A DNA stretch of 64,000 nt from assembly GCA_977016875.1 (NCBI GenBank), contig CDRNST010000195.1, forward strand, positions 2,852,001 to 2,916,000, read 5' to 3'. The translations under genes were made by a program, and so were the position numbers. The notes beneath the pieces are model-generated. The model was not told the origin of the DNA. It ran no database searches and saw nothing but the letters and a program-made list of their open reading frames with translations. Every line of letters begins with the position of its first letter. The first letter of the stretch is position 1. This document shows positions 36,435 to 49,531 of this stretch, piece by piece. The DNA is from Pavona decussata (lineage: Eukaryota).

Positions 36435-39400
36435 TTAATTTGAAGGCCGCTGCTCCAGTTTTTCGGGATCACCTTCGACAGAACCTTCAACGTCGACTAG
36501 AGTTTCTTGGTCGAACCAAGAGCCTTTGCTGCTCTCTGCAAGATCACGTTTTCGATCTTCGCTGAAACCTATCTTTCCCTTTTTCTTAGGCCCTGGCTTC
36601 TTCCAGGATTTTATCCACAGGCTCTTTTCGTTTTTTGATGACTTTTCCATGTGGGAAGCACGAAGAATATAAAATTCGAAGTGAGAAATTTTCTGCGGGC
36701 GAGATGTAAACAAAATATGCTTATTTCTGAAATAAGAGCTCCTGGATGAAGCGTTTTGCCGCGAAAATTCCTCTGGGGCGTCTCGCACTAAGAAGATTAT
36801 GGCACCTTTTTTATTTATATACTTTTATATGGAAGTACGTTTTCCTAAATATCTCGCGCTTTTTTCAATATCTTTCAATTTTTTTTTTTTTCAGCAAATG
36901 TTAGATAAAATCCCCAAATTCTATTTGGTCAAAAAAAATGTATTTTCACTTTTTCACCCTATCGAACCCAGGAAGTACCCTGAATCAAACCAACAAAAGT
37001 CTTACGGCGGGACCAACAAACTGTTCAAATGATCCATGGTACAACAAAATATTTCTTTGGTTCTGGGCTTACTTTCATTCTAATTAAAGCTAGTTCACGC
37101 CAAACCTAATCTCAGATGAAATTCAGTACTCTATATTGTGGATCTACTATCTGATTTTTGTCCTCCGTAGATATAGTAGACACAACTTTATTGTCTTTAC
37201 CGATGAACTTATCATTGAAAGGAAGTAAAAATGCTGTGCGGTGAAGATCTCGAGTACTCAAAATTGTGCGGGCGGGCAGGAAAGGGGGGAATGAATTGAC
37301 TAAAGAGGTTCATTATTTCCCACTCTTCTCATAGGTAGAGTACAATTGTATACCAGCAGGAATACTTAAAAAAATTGAAATGAGTAAGACACATTACATT
37401 TTCATGAGATTGAGCAGGTAGTGATTTTGTTTTTAAACTGATTGATATTTTCGTGGTCTTAAAGGTTAATGCCTTTGTAATGAGCGCATGAATCGAAAAA
37501 AAGAATAAGAAGAAAATAAATCGGAGAGGGGGTTATTCTTCGTTTTTTTTTTTTTTTTTTTGAGGAAATGTGCCGGACTGTTCTCCAAATGCCGGTCCTT
37601 TCTTCAGACCAAAATAATTTTATTATTGCTAAACATCAATTCTAAAAACCAGCCTCTAAAATCCATGCCAATTTCCAGACCTGAACCAGTGTGTCCAAAA
37701 GTAAGTTGTCATCTGCTAGATAAAATCTATAAATCGAAATACTTTTTTTCCACTGAATAGCATTTATCCCGCTGGATAAAGCTATCTAATGGGTAAAATT
37801 TTTGCTCGTTTTCTTATATTTGGAGCGGCACAAGCTATTAACTAGCTTATGTAAGAAAGTCGCCACCCCCTATCTGTCTAGGAGTTTATTTCACGTTCTC
37901 GCAATCACGGTTGCAGGTTTAAATGGAGATATATAAAATTCGCATTCAACAGCCGGCTCTTTTCCGCTTACCTCGAAAACCGTATTGTTTCCTTTAATAA
38001 CCTTTAGCGCATATTTCGTATCGTTCCAGCTCGTGAACTGAATACACTGTCTTCCATTAGTCCGAGTTACGACCTCAAATCCTTGTAAAATGAACAAAGA
38101 ATAACTTACAAACTAATTAACTAAATAAATAGCTGGTGATCAAATACAACTAAAAGCCAATATCCCAGCAAAAGCAAAAGTTGTTAGCCACTCAGACTGT
38201 TTGCAGACTGAAAGTCGACGGAAAGTCTTGAACAACAACACAGTTGTTGTTGTACAACCAAACTCAGCTGTAAACTCAACCTAAAGGCTTGCATGGGAAA
38301 CTTTTCACTTTTTTGATTATTTATGCTTTCAGTATTTAATTATGAGCCTCCGCTTGCAAATGATAGTATATCAGTCGCATCGAAAAATGTACGAAAAATG
38401 CGAAATCAGATACACAATTATGCATACTCCAATCAACTATAAAGCGGTTTACGACTGGTTTCTCGTTAGACCGAAAGTAAGTAATAAAAATACTCCGATC
38501 AATCACCATGCTCGGAGAACCACGGCCAGTTAGACACCGGGTGGAAGGGATTTTCTTGGGCAAAGGTTGACTATAAGAATGGGAGAACCCCTGGGTAATA
38601 ACTCTTACCGGACCTTATTTCCGGAAGCATTTGAATTTCACGCATTTGATTGGTAAGAGTACTTGCCCATGCAGGGTTTCTCCCGTTCTTACAGTACACT
38701 TTTGCCCACGGAAATCCTTTCCACCCGACTAACTACCCCTGGGTCACCGAGGATGATCAATCACAAAAGGCGTAAACAACACAAGAGCCAATATCAAGCG
38801 CGCGCGGAAAACGCCTGGCAGCAACTCACGATTAGTTTTGAATTTACCTCCCTTTGGTTGGGCGCACCAAGGCAAAACCAAAGCAAAAACGGTTTCGTCC
38901 CCAACTTAAATCGCTTATCACAAGTTCTAGGATCAAATTACAAGTGTAATGTAACCAAAGAATCCAAGTCGTTGTCTACAATATTTTCTCCAGAACATTC
39001 ATCCATTTAACTTTCGTTCGTTCGCTGGTTTTATTGTTCATTAATTGGTTTGTTCTTTGTAACATTTACTTCCTCTTTCTTTTTTCTTCAAAACGTTTGT
39101 AATCGCTCTCAAATAGGACAATTAAACTAAGTTTTATTTACTTACTGGACAGGTGATTACGTGTGTCTCGCCCGTTGCACTCTACTTGTAATTGTTCGGT
39201 ATCGGCGTTGCTTGGCGACAGAATGGTGGAAATTCTTATCAGATTACCCCCGCAAGGTGTGTTTATGCCATGGTGTTTCTCTCTCCAGAATGAACTAAGG
39301 CTGACAAGCTTTGACTGAACTTCCACACCACCCAACAGAAGGGCAGCCGCAATCTAAGAGAAAAGCAATGGACACATTTAGTTCATTGACTTAACTATTA

Positions 39401-41296
39401 TGAAAGACGAGAAGAGAAATACGGTGACCGGAAAGAAGAACTATTTTTCAGTGTACAACGAGTAATCAGAAGGTAGATTTTAAGCAATACTTCTGTAGCA
39501 AGAAATGCCCCTGTTTTCGTGGAATTGTACAGGTTCCAGTGGAAACCATTAAATAGAAACTTAATACACAAGATTTCAACGGAACTATCACGTAATTCAT
39601 TAATACTTTTAGGAATTAATTGTAAAAAAATATTACACCGGGTGAAAAAAATGATAAGTGATAATTGATAGTCGCCTAATGAAAAGAGAAAGTTACTAAC
39701 GGATGTTATATCGCTCCCTAAATTAAACCATGAGCTGTGGAAGCACGATTTCCCACTGAGAGAAACTCATTTTCATAGATTCAGTTCGCGTCATAAGTAA
39801 AACGTCGTGAAGTGCATATATGTAACGGTAAATGTCGCAATTTTACAAAAGTAAGAACTCCCTGCCACTCCCTGTTCCTCTCCACAGCAGATTATTTCGA
39901 ATCCTTTGATAATCAGTAAGTAAAACCTGACCGGCAGGAATTTAAATGATGCAAAGATTTTGAGGCGTAGTTATACTTGGGCCGTTAAGTTTTAAGATGT
40001 TTTATAACTTTCAATTTCTTTGGGTGCTAATTACTTTCCTAACTGATCCTATAAATCGAAACTTTAGAGAACCCGTGACCCTTTGTTTTAGAGCCAATGA
40101 AAATGAAGAAAAAATGAAGGCTACAATGCCTAAACAATAATTCGGACTGCTCCGAATACAACGAATTCTCCCTAAAAGTACAACCGATATAATGAGGTAA
40201 GACAAGAGATTAGTATTTTGTTAGTAATTCCAGTTTTGTCGCAGGAAGCATAGATTTAGAGGTAAAAACATTTTGCCATTGTGAAGAACTACTTCTACTC
40301 CCACCCTTAATATGATGTAAGCATTTTTGGCGAGCCCTATAATTTTTGTTTCTTCCATATCAAACTGTGATCTTAGCTATTGCTGCGTTAAACTATACGC
40401 TGGAGGCTAAAAAAGAAACCAACGCAAGTGTGATACCTAAGGGTAGTTCAAGGCCCCAACTACGTAGGAGGATAAAATCGGGCTCAAAGCAAGAAAGAGA
40501 AAGTAAGACGTGTGGGAAAAGGTGGTCATGGGCAATATTTTCGAGCTCTGAAATCTTATGATTCTTCTTTAATAAGGCAAGGCAAGGCTGTAGAATTTGC
40601 AATAACACGGCGATATCGCGACAGCGTACTGATCTGAGCGTAAGGACATGAGCATGTATTCCTCATATTTTCTTTTTTTTTTCTTCTTTACCTCAGAAAG
40701 AGTCACTTGGTGACCAAATAAAGGTTTCCGTATCGTTTTCGTTTATTGTTAAAAGAAACAGTTGAAAGATCTGCGATAGGAAAGGAGTGCTGACTTTGTA
40801 GATAGGAAAGTTACATTTTAAAATGCTTTCTTATATCAGTTTACCTACATTTGGGGTAGAAATTGTAAATGCATAAATATGACTTTTGACAATCATAGTA
40901 TGTCGCCCTCCCTTTTGCTAGCTACGACTTGGAGCATGAATACGTTAGTTACAATAGACGAAAAAAATATTTAAATAGATTCCAACATGTCAAACACGTT
41001 CGGTTGAAAAAAAAACCCAGTATTTTAAAGAATTTTTTGTGCTCTGAGCGTTCTCAGTCTTTAAGACTTAAAGTACAAAGAAATGAATTGCTGTGTGAGC
41101 TGAACTAGCGAAGTGAGAAAGCTAAAAAAAAGTGCACACAAAAGACTATTCTTGAATTTCTGGCCACATTTCGCTGACAAATTTTGTTAACTAATTTTGC
41201 CCCAAAAAGCGACAGTAGCTTACTTAATTGAGCAAATGAACATCATTATAATCGTTTGTACTTACTATAACAATGAATAACGATTGACTCCGCCAT
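36435..41296 (-). pseudogene. Putative 4-exon secreted FGF-like (beta-trefoil) gene, probably disrupted
   Basis: Exons 39353-39146 (IAAALLLGGVEVQS-KLVSL..GNLIRI..VECNG) and 38081-37972 (RFEVVT..CIQFTSWNDTKYALKVIKG) have canonical sites and join in phase 1. Candidate exon 1 (41296-41266) and exon 4 (from 36787) need frameshifts to fit. Confidence 0.45.
38507..38755. mobile_element. Foldback MITE with 9-bp TSD (Academ- or MULE-derived), 249 bp
   Basis: Perfect TSD ATCAATCAC (38498-38506, 38756-38764); ~100-bp imperfect TIRs starting CAT(G/C)CTCGG. Confidence 0.9.
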
Positions 41297-41371
41297 TTCC
41301 GTCCAGTATTTTCAGCTACTGAGTATTGCAGACAAGCGAAAAGTCATTATGATTTTCCCAAGGCTGTGTCT

Positions 41372-41380
41372 CTTTATATA
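41372..41380 (-). promoter_or_regulatory. Candidate TATA box of the FGF-like gene
   Basis: TATATAAAG ~75 bp upstream of a Kozak-like GAAATGG and a GTAAGT donor. Confidence 0.35.
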
Positions 41381-43439
41381 CCATTCTGAAGCTGTTGTTG
41401 TTTTCGCAGCGGTAAAGCCTGGCCTACCCTTTTTTGCAATGTAATCGATCCTCACGGTTGAATTACCCTTGGTCCAGTATCTTTTGTTGTCATTATTCCG
41501 TGTTTTGTTTTAGGTTTTTCTTCTTTGCTATGAGAGGTCACTCTATTTTAAGTACCCACTTAAACGTATAACGGCATTTAAGGTCATCGCAATATATCTT
41601 AGCATGTACCTAGCCTTGCCACAAACATCCCACTTCCACATCTCTTCATTAACTTTCCTTTCTACTTATCGCATGTTTTAGTTACAGGAAATTTAAAATG
41701 ACTCAAACCGATATTATCATAAATCTACTGAAATAGCTGACGTATGACTACACGAATCCCGATCGAACATTTTGTTCCAGTTTCGTGGTATTATCTGAAA
41801 TTGAGTGGGTGATTATAACCCGAAAATAATATCGTTAGAGGTTAATCTTACTCTTACAATATACAACACAGCTCTACTTAGTGTGGTCAGTACACTTTAT
41901 TAGCCAAAAATGTATTCAGTTGAGCTAGCTCTTAACTTGTATGCAGTTATGCCACGATAAAGAAAACACAATTGAAATTAAATGATATTTACAACTCCAA
42001 TAATTTAAAACATCATATTCTACAGGTTAGCTGCTGTAGACTTTTAACCGATTATTAAAGGTCATGCTAGCCTATTGTATGTATCGATACTGTTTCAAAA
42101 AGTTGTTTTTGTTTTTATTTTTTGTTTTTTCATTTTAGGTTTTAAGTAATTAAAAATATGGACCAACCGCAATTTTCTTTTCTTCTCTTCTGGTAATTTT
42201 TTTTTCTATCTTTTGGGATATTTTGACAGGAAATTCATACCAAAATTGTCATAAAAAAAAAAACACTCAAAAGGTTGACGCATTAACACGAATGTCGTGA
42301 ATTAAAACTTTCTTCAAAATTGATATTACCTCTTAGGGTGTTGAGCTTTCGTCTGAAATCGAGTGGATAATTTACATGTCGCCACATATCAATCTTACTC
42401 TTGGTAGTGTTCATACTCTATAGGTCAGTTGTTGTTGAGACTCAACCAAATATTTAAAAAAATCCTAGTTTATCACTTTTTTCAAGAAACCACGAAGACC
42501 TGAAGTCATTATACTTTCGGTTAGCTTTCTCTAAGTACACTTCAAATCCACTGTGAACTAGCCTCACTGTCAAAACCTACTGTAATAAATAAATAAAAAA
42601 GTCTTTATTTCTTCACAAGATAAAAAAATACATATCTTATGTCACAATTGAGTGTTTGAGTAAAAAAGTACCTACATAGCCAAATTGTATTTAAAAATTA
42701 GTCGATTAACGTAAGAGTTCTTGAATCTATCTGTATTAACTTTCGGATACTGACTTGTGTGGAACACTTTGAGCAAATATATTGAAAGGCATTTGAGATA
42801 GAAATCTAGAAAATTAAGTAAGCTGGGCATATGACAATTTCTTTTATTGGGGGGTCTAGAAAAATAAGGTCACTCAATGTTTTCTCTCTCGCTGAGCAGA
42901 CTACGCTATGGCTTGCATTTACGGGGACAATCTATTTAATATATACTGAGGCCGTCCGCTTTTGGTAATGTTGACACTGACAAGTCCAGCACTGCCGCCG
43001 GTTCACGTTGGATGGCTGACTTTGTATTCACATTGACATCTGAGAGTTTCCCACGAAACTTCGATTACAAAATTTTTGCAGAATATTTTATTATGACCTG
43101 AACATAAATTTCTTTACGGTCGATGTTTAGCAAAACATTCAAGTTTTTTTATTTATTTATTTATTTTTTTTTTTTTACTTTCTGTGAGTCTACCATACTC
43201 AACTGAATGAATTTATTAAGCAGCGATTTTATTATACATAAGTCACAAGCTACGCCTTTATTATATTTGTCAATGTTACTGTTATGTAAATTCAACAAAT
43301 ATAATGCTTCTTCTGAGACTGGGACAGGAACGAGCAGCGCTTTGACGTGTTTTTGTTTTTTTTGTTTTTTGTTTTAGCCCTGATCGAGTTGCCAATTTTC
43401 CTTTGACCCCTGCATGGCTATAGCTAACATCTTCCTATA

Positions 43440-44135
43440 TGTTAAACGAAAACATGTAGAAAGAAATAGTTCCATTTCTTGAAAGACCAATTCACCAGAA
43501 AATCGAACAAAAGACGAAGACGAAGTGCTACGAGCGCTAAATATAGCGGACGACGGGACAGACAAACTAGATAAGATTATTGCCAAACTCAGGAAACTCG
43601 ATATCATCGAGACCACTTAGAATGGGATGTGTGACAGAGGTGTTAAGATTGAGGAGGAGGGGAAAACTAAAAAGCAACACCAGCGTAATGGAAGAAAAAT
43701 TCAAAGAAGCAACCGGACACCAAAGTCAAAAATATGGACACAGTTTTAACTGGGTTGAACGAACAGATTAAGCAGCCGCAAAAGAAGATCAAACATATCA
43801 AGGTCTCAAATATAAAGGAGCCTGTGGAGCTTCATTGAAAACAACTTTATGCTGAAGCGTACAACGGAAGAGAAAACCTGATTTTTTTTTTTTTTTTTTT
43901 TTTTTTGAATGAAGGAAACCAGTCCTTCGATGGATGAGGACGGAGGCGACACTCAAAAGCTTTGCATTGATACATCGGGAAGGAACGACCATGGCTTTGA
44001 TTATCCTGCTAACAATATTGAGTTTCAAAGAGTTCATCGTATTAGTAAAGCGAAACCGATTAAAGCCAAGAGGGCTAATTGCAAGATTACTGCGTTTTTC
44101 TGACCGAGAAAGGGCATTGAGTCTGAGCAATGCTT
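43440..44135 (+). pseudogene. Non-LTR retrotransposon ORF1-like remnant (coiled coil + RRM)
   Basis: EVLRALNIAD..KLDKIIAKLRKLDIIE, EAYNGRENL, IEFQRVHRI.K, PRGLIARLLRFSDRE; multiple frameshifts. Confidence 0.75.
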
Positions 44136-44214
44136 AGCGGCTGTCTCGCTGTGATCCACACGTCACGAATCATAGCTAACAGGTAAGTGTAATTGTTCTT
44201 TTTTGTGTTTTTTT

Positions 44215-44260
44215 TTCTTCTTCTTCTTCTTCTTCTTCTTCTTCTTCTTCTTCTTCTTCT
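44215..44260. repeat. (CTT)n microsatellite
   Basis: ~15 perfect units. Confidence 0.98.
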
Positions 44261-46794
44261 CTCCATCGTCCCTGCTTTGCCCTCGAAAGTCACGAGGGTA
44301 TCTGTAACCTTAATTATCCAGGTAAAATAAAACCCTTGCTATTTTACCAAGGGAAATTTATACTGGGGAAGTCATTTTCACCCAGGGTGGTGTGACCACG
44401 TCTATTATTCACATCGTGACTAAACAAAAAATGTTTTTTATGTAACCTTATAATTTACGCAAACAACGAGGAAGTCGTTGTCGTTCTCAAACAAATATCA
44501 CTAACGATATGCATTTTTTATTTGAGAAATACTTAAAAGCCCAAGACCAAACCGCAAGTACGTAGGTCATATTCATTGCATTCTACGTGAAGAAGTCCGT
44601 TCAATACCAAATTGTATGAAGGGAGCTATATTTTGCGATATTATTAGTCCTTGTTGTGAGTTAAATTGCTAATATGGAGCTATCCTGGATGAGATGACAA
44701 CATTTCGCCAGTTGACAATTTCGAGAACACTCTATTTAAGTACGAAGTTGGGATTATTAAAGAGATATGATATTGAAGAAATAGCTATATTACAGAGTGC
44801 GTAGGTACTTGAGGTCGCTTATAGGATAAGATGTAAAATGATTATCACGGTGTATTTCTAGAGTAAATATGTCGCTCCAAATTGATTATTTAAATGACTT
44901 CAATCGACAAATTCTCTTACTTGCTATAGAGCTTGTATTCATCAAAAAACCTATACAAGTCAATTATCATTAAGCTTTCTGATTTAATCAAATAACATTT
45001 ACAAACTAAGATGACACGGCTTGATTTCATCACTTCAGTAAGTCGAAAATAGGATATTTTCCAACATTCAAAGAGAACTGATATCTTCTTATGTTAAGAC
45101 TAACCTGTAATGTGAACAGTGTAATTGTCAAGTGATTGAAAGATTTTAACGAACTGGAAAAAAAAAACCCAAGAAGGTTTATGAGAGCAATGCCAAGTAT
45201 AAATTCACCAAAAGTTACTCCATCATCGCTTTATGTCTGTATAGAGCCACCTTAAATGTCTTTCAAAGTCTGTAATTGACTTTGCGCTTGCTTACATGTA
45301 TATCGAATAATTTCCCGCAAATCGCAGACTAATAGTATTCAAAGAGAGCGGAATAGGCTTGACGCAGGTTTTAAAAACAAAAACAAAAAAACCATAAGGT
45401 ATGTAAATCTGCTTTTACTTTACGCAATTCTACTATCTGTAAACAACTTGAAATCTATTGAGTGTGGTACTTATTGTATCACATTAGAAATAGACTCAAT
45501 GATTGCTTCAAAATATTATATGTATGATATTGCTCTCGTCCTAAGTGGTGTTGGGCATAATGATGTTTCTTTAAAAAAGCTTTTTTAAATTATGTTTATA
45601 CGAATTATAGACAAAAATATAAAAAAAAAAGTCATCCTTAACCTCTAAAGAGATCTCCTTAGTTTATTTTGTTTTCATAAATGACATTATTTGTTTTACT
45701 CAATGCTGCTAACTAACCATTAATGAAGCCGTGGATCGTTAAGGCTGATTTAGACGGTACACTGAGCTATGTGGTATGAGAAAAGATGGCTGTGTTAATC
45801 ACAATTTCAACTTCCTTACGATTTTAATACTGTTCGCAAGAAGCTAGCTAGCAGCGTGTGCTAAAGAAATTGTACACGAATATCCTTATGAAAGACACCA
45901 CTTTTCAATCACGCTTGATTGTAGAAAGATAGTCAATCTAGTCTTAGCCGTTTGAACGTTTTAAACTAGTTATAATTGAAAAATATTCTGCTCTTCGAGC
46001 CCGTCTCGGTTTTTCACCATAAAGACTTTGGAAATTTTATTGGAATGTTTGGCTCAACCTTAACCTTGTGAAAAAAAATTAGTTGCAAGGAAGCATCGAT
46101 TTTTAGACATGTTTTAGAAACCAACCCTTCAGTATTGGTATTTCTTTCTGACCCGTTTTCGAAAGGAAGAAAGGTGAGAGAAACAAGAACAGCTGTCACC
46201 ATAGTGCGTGCACCGGCACATTGAATTTCTAAGGGCGTCTGTTACGCTGACTTTTCCTGTCTTCTCTTGGATTTGATACTCAAATCGCCTTGGAAACTTT
46301 GGATGACTAAAAATTAACTTCGTTTCCAATGGAGTTTCGAAAAGCTGCTAATCACAGTAATTAATATCAATGAAATTAAATGACTAAATATGTTGCATAT
46401 GTGTTGTTTTTTTTTTTTTTTTACTTACTCTAAAAAGAAAAGACCTTATCGTGGCTTTTCTGTTCATCTTTTGTTAACGGCAGTAGTACTGATCAATAAT
46501 TTACGGATAGGTAAATCATCCGAAATGTATACCGTTATGTATAGAGGTTTTGTACTGTAGAAATAATTATGAAATGTGAAGCAAGGTTTAGCTATTGATA
46601 TTACGATTTAGTCTGGTGAATGAAGCCAAGTAAACTTCACATAATGTACCAGTAAATGTGAGCACCTTTACTCTGCAGGCGTGAGACTCGTGCATTATGC
46701 GTGAGAGTTGGCAGGTATACATTCTGGTTTATGTATGCAGTTTAAACTGTACACGCTTCATCGCTTGATTGGTGGACATTTACTGTTTTTGCTT

Positions 46795-47304
46795 TAAAAA
46801 TTAATGTAGTGCCACTGCAAGGGCCCCTTCTTCTTGTGGCAGGACACCGACTTCTGATGTGGCCCAGACGGCCACAATTATAACATCTCCCTTTGAAAGA
46901 GAATAATTGAAATTAATTTTAATTCTAGTTAATATCAATATATGGACTGACGTACTTACTTTCTCTGTTACGCTGCCTCAATCTGTGAGAGAACTGACGT
47001 GAACCAGCTTCTCCTCCCCGCCTGAAAGCCTCATCACGAGCCTCCCTCCTTCGAAGCTTGCTTGTGACCCGGCTTAATTCAGTAAGAATGTCAGCTCGAG
47101 ACCTCTGTGCTTCTTTATCAACTGGTGAGCGATGTTTTTCTTGTTTCACTATTTTCTATTTGGCTCCCTACGTTATTTGTTTGTGGTTCTTCTGCCATGG
47201 CAATGTCTTCATTGAGGAGCCTTCTCTCCCCCCTCCGGAGGAGGCTCTGGCAATGGATCATTTGAGGCATTCGCCACACTATTGCGCAGGTTTTCTGTAG
47301 CCAT
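46795..47304 (-). pseudogene. Small spliced CCHC zinc-knuckle gene, frameshifted
   Basis: ATG at 47304. A 69-bp intron 46959-46891 (GTAAGT..ctttcaaag, phase 1) joins RQRNRE to RRCYNCGRLGHIRSRCP. Two frameshifts in exon 1. Confidence 0.7.
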
Positions 47305-47695
47305 CTAACAAAAAAAGAAAGCCATTTAATGCAACTACAACTGGGACACATTTAAGACCACTAGACCACTTATATCTCCTAAACGAGCACGGTGTCTTAT
47401 CTTTCATATTGCGCGCACATTTTCACTGACTATCATGAAGGAAATGATCAGGAAAAGTTTAGAGTAGATCTCACTTCAACTTCTTGAACGAAAGAATCAC
47501 CTTAAAATGATTCCAGAATGACAATTGTAGAAACAAAAACATTGACTCCATGTTTTGTTCTGAAATGTGCAGTACAAACATTGACCATACTTGATCGCAC
47601 AAAATTGTTTAAATAAAAACTGAGTAAAATGCAAATTATGCAAAACAGAGTTGTTGAAATTGGTGTTTTTCCAGTAGAGGGCATTGTAGTTCAAA

Positions 47696-48018
47696 GTAAC
47701 TAACGGCCGAATTTGGGTTTCCGCTTACAGCACATTCTGCAACATTTTAGGCAAATAACTGGCGGCCGAATTTGGATCTGCTTACATTACGTACTGCAAC
47801 ATTTCAGGCCAGTAGCTAAGGCCGAATTTGGGTCCACTTCCGTTACATACTGGAACATTTTAGGCCAGTAAGTAACGGCCGAATGTGGATCCACTTACAT
47901 TACATACTGCAACATTTTAGGCCAGTAACTAATGGCTGAAATTGGATCCGCTTACATTACATACTGCAACATTTTAGGCCAGTAACTAATTTTAGTCCAG
48001 TAACTAACGGTCGAATTT
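47696..48018. repeat. Minisatellite, ~57-59-bp unit x~5.5
   Basis: Unit GTAACTAACGGCCGAATTTGGATCCGCTTACATTACATACTGCAACATTTTAGGCCA. Confidence 0.92.
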
Positions 48019-48474
48019 GATATTCTCTCTTTATCCAAATGTCTGTTTTGACTTGTCGTTAGACTTATGTAAATTTCTTCACTTATCAGCAATCTTTTGC
48101 TGGATGCCAGTTTTTCCTACCCAGTTTTTTCCACTTCTTCGGTCCACTTGAAGTGTCTTTTGAGTTGACCTTGGAATGGTAAAGAGGTGCATTTAAAATA
48201 TTTCCAGGGTACAACGCAATGAAACTGCCTGTCTAATGGAAAATATGGCAGAAGAAGAAGCCGGCTAAAATCACTCCAACTGCAACTTTTGCTGATAGTT
48301 AATCTCTCCCTTGAGTTTTCGCAATTACTAAGTTTCATTTGATCAAACTATAATTAGTAATAATTGTCACATTTAACTAGTGGAAAAATTTTCAGAACCT
48401 TGAGTAGGAAGTTTGAATGGAATCATAGAACGCATATAGACCCTTAGATAAATATTATTGAAGTATATAGTTAC

Positions 48475-48655
48475 CTTTTATGGCTGCCAGAATCATTGGG
48501 TTCAAGGGAGACTTTCCGTTTGTGCCCTTTATGTTAGAGATGCACATAACTTCTTTTGGAATTAGATTGTCCAAGAGGTTCAGTGCAAGAGCTGAGGAAG
48601 AATGTGAGTGAATGACAATGTCGTCAACTTTTTTTTCTTGTTTTAACACCAACCT
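48475..48655 (-). pseudogene. BEN-domain exon fragment
   Basis: SSALALNLLDNLIPKEVMCISNIKGTNGKSPLNPMILAAIK followed by donor G|GTAACT. Confidence 0.7.
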
Positions 48656-48818
48656 TGGGGTCTCAAATTATTGCTGTTAATAAGATAAAGAAAATTGATT
48701 CATGAAATTCTTTAAATGTTCTTTGAATATCAGTAAATATTGATTTTGCATATCACTATTTACTGCTAGGTAATCAGTATATCCTTTTTCCACAAGTAAA
48801 CAGGACAAAAAGAGTGAC

Positions 48819-48875
<57 letters not shown>
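48819..48875. repeat. (AAT)19 microsatellite
   Basis: Direct read. Confidence 0.98.
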
Positions 48876-49139
48876 TATTGCACCACTCATCATAAGCAAC
48901 AGGGACTGTAAACACAGGACATATTTTGCTACATAAACTTACTTTAACTGTAAGAATGAGTACATTTCACTCTTAATTCACAATAATGTGTGCGTCTAGT
49001 TTGTAGGATTTATTGATAACTCACCAAACTCATCCACTGGACATGGAGATTCAGTTGCATTTGAGTCCTAAAATGAATCATCAACAGCGTCATTGCATTG
49101 CATAATAGTTTTACAGCTTATCAATCATTGCATCAATTT

Positions 49140-49345
49140 GGTAGTTTCTAGTCTCTTCTGCACATGTCCAAGACATTCTTCCTTCTGAACTTTAACCTCA
49201 ACATCAAACACGTGGTAGCTATCTTTAACCAAATTAAAGCTCTTGCTATCTCCATGCCCACAATATTCACGGTAAATAAGCTTATTCTTACGTAAGATAG
49301 GGAAAATATCCTCAAGGCACCCTCAGGTTCCAGGCAGAGCAGAGC
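49140..49345 (-). pseudogene. Mutator-like/Kolobok transposase core fragment (CxxH type)
   Basis: LEPEGALRIF..NKLIYREYCGHGDSKSFNLVKD..VQKEECLGHVQKRL matches the ME..GA..IF.RS / GDGDSK / KxECxGHVQKR motifs; catalytic D mutated to H. Not in the ORF track. Confidence 0.85.
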
Positions 49346-49477
49346 TACAGGTGTCCTTCCAATTTCAAAATTGAGGGACCACGATCTTTAGGCATATCCT
49401 TTTTTGTGTTGAAGTTAGGCACACAGCCTTTTCAAGCAGATAAGGTTAAGTATTAATCAAGACTACTTAATAATAAT

Positions 49478-49480
<3 letters not shown>

Positions 49481-49528
<48 letters not shown>
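49481..49528. repeat. (AAT)16 microsatellite
   Basis: Direct read. Confidence 0.98.

Positions 49529-49531
<3 letters not shown>

Noticed and set aside
44087-44293. Poly-Arg (protamine-like) ORF
   Set aside because: Translation of a (CTT)n microsatellite.
47696-48018. CRISPR-like short repeat array
   Set aside because: Contiguous tandem units without variable spacers; eukaryotic context.
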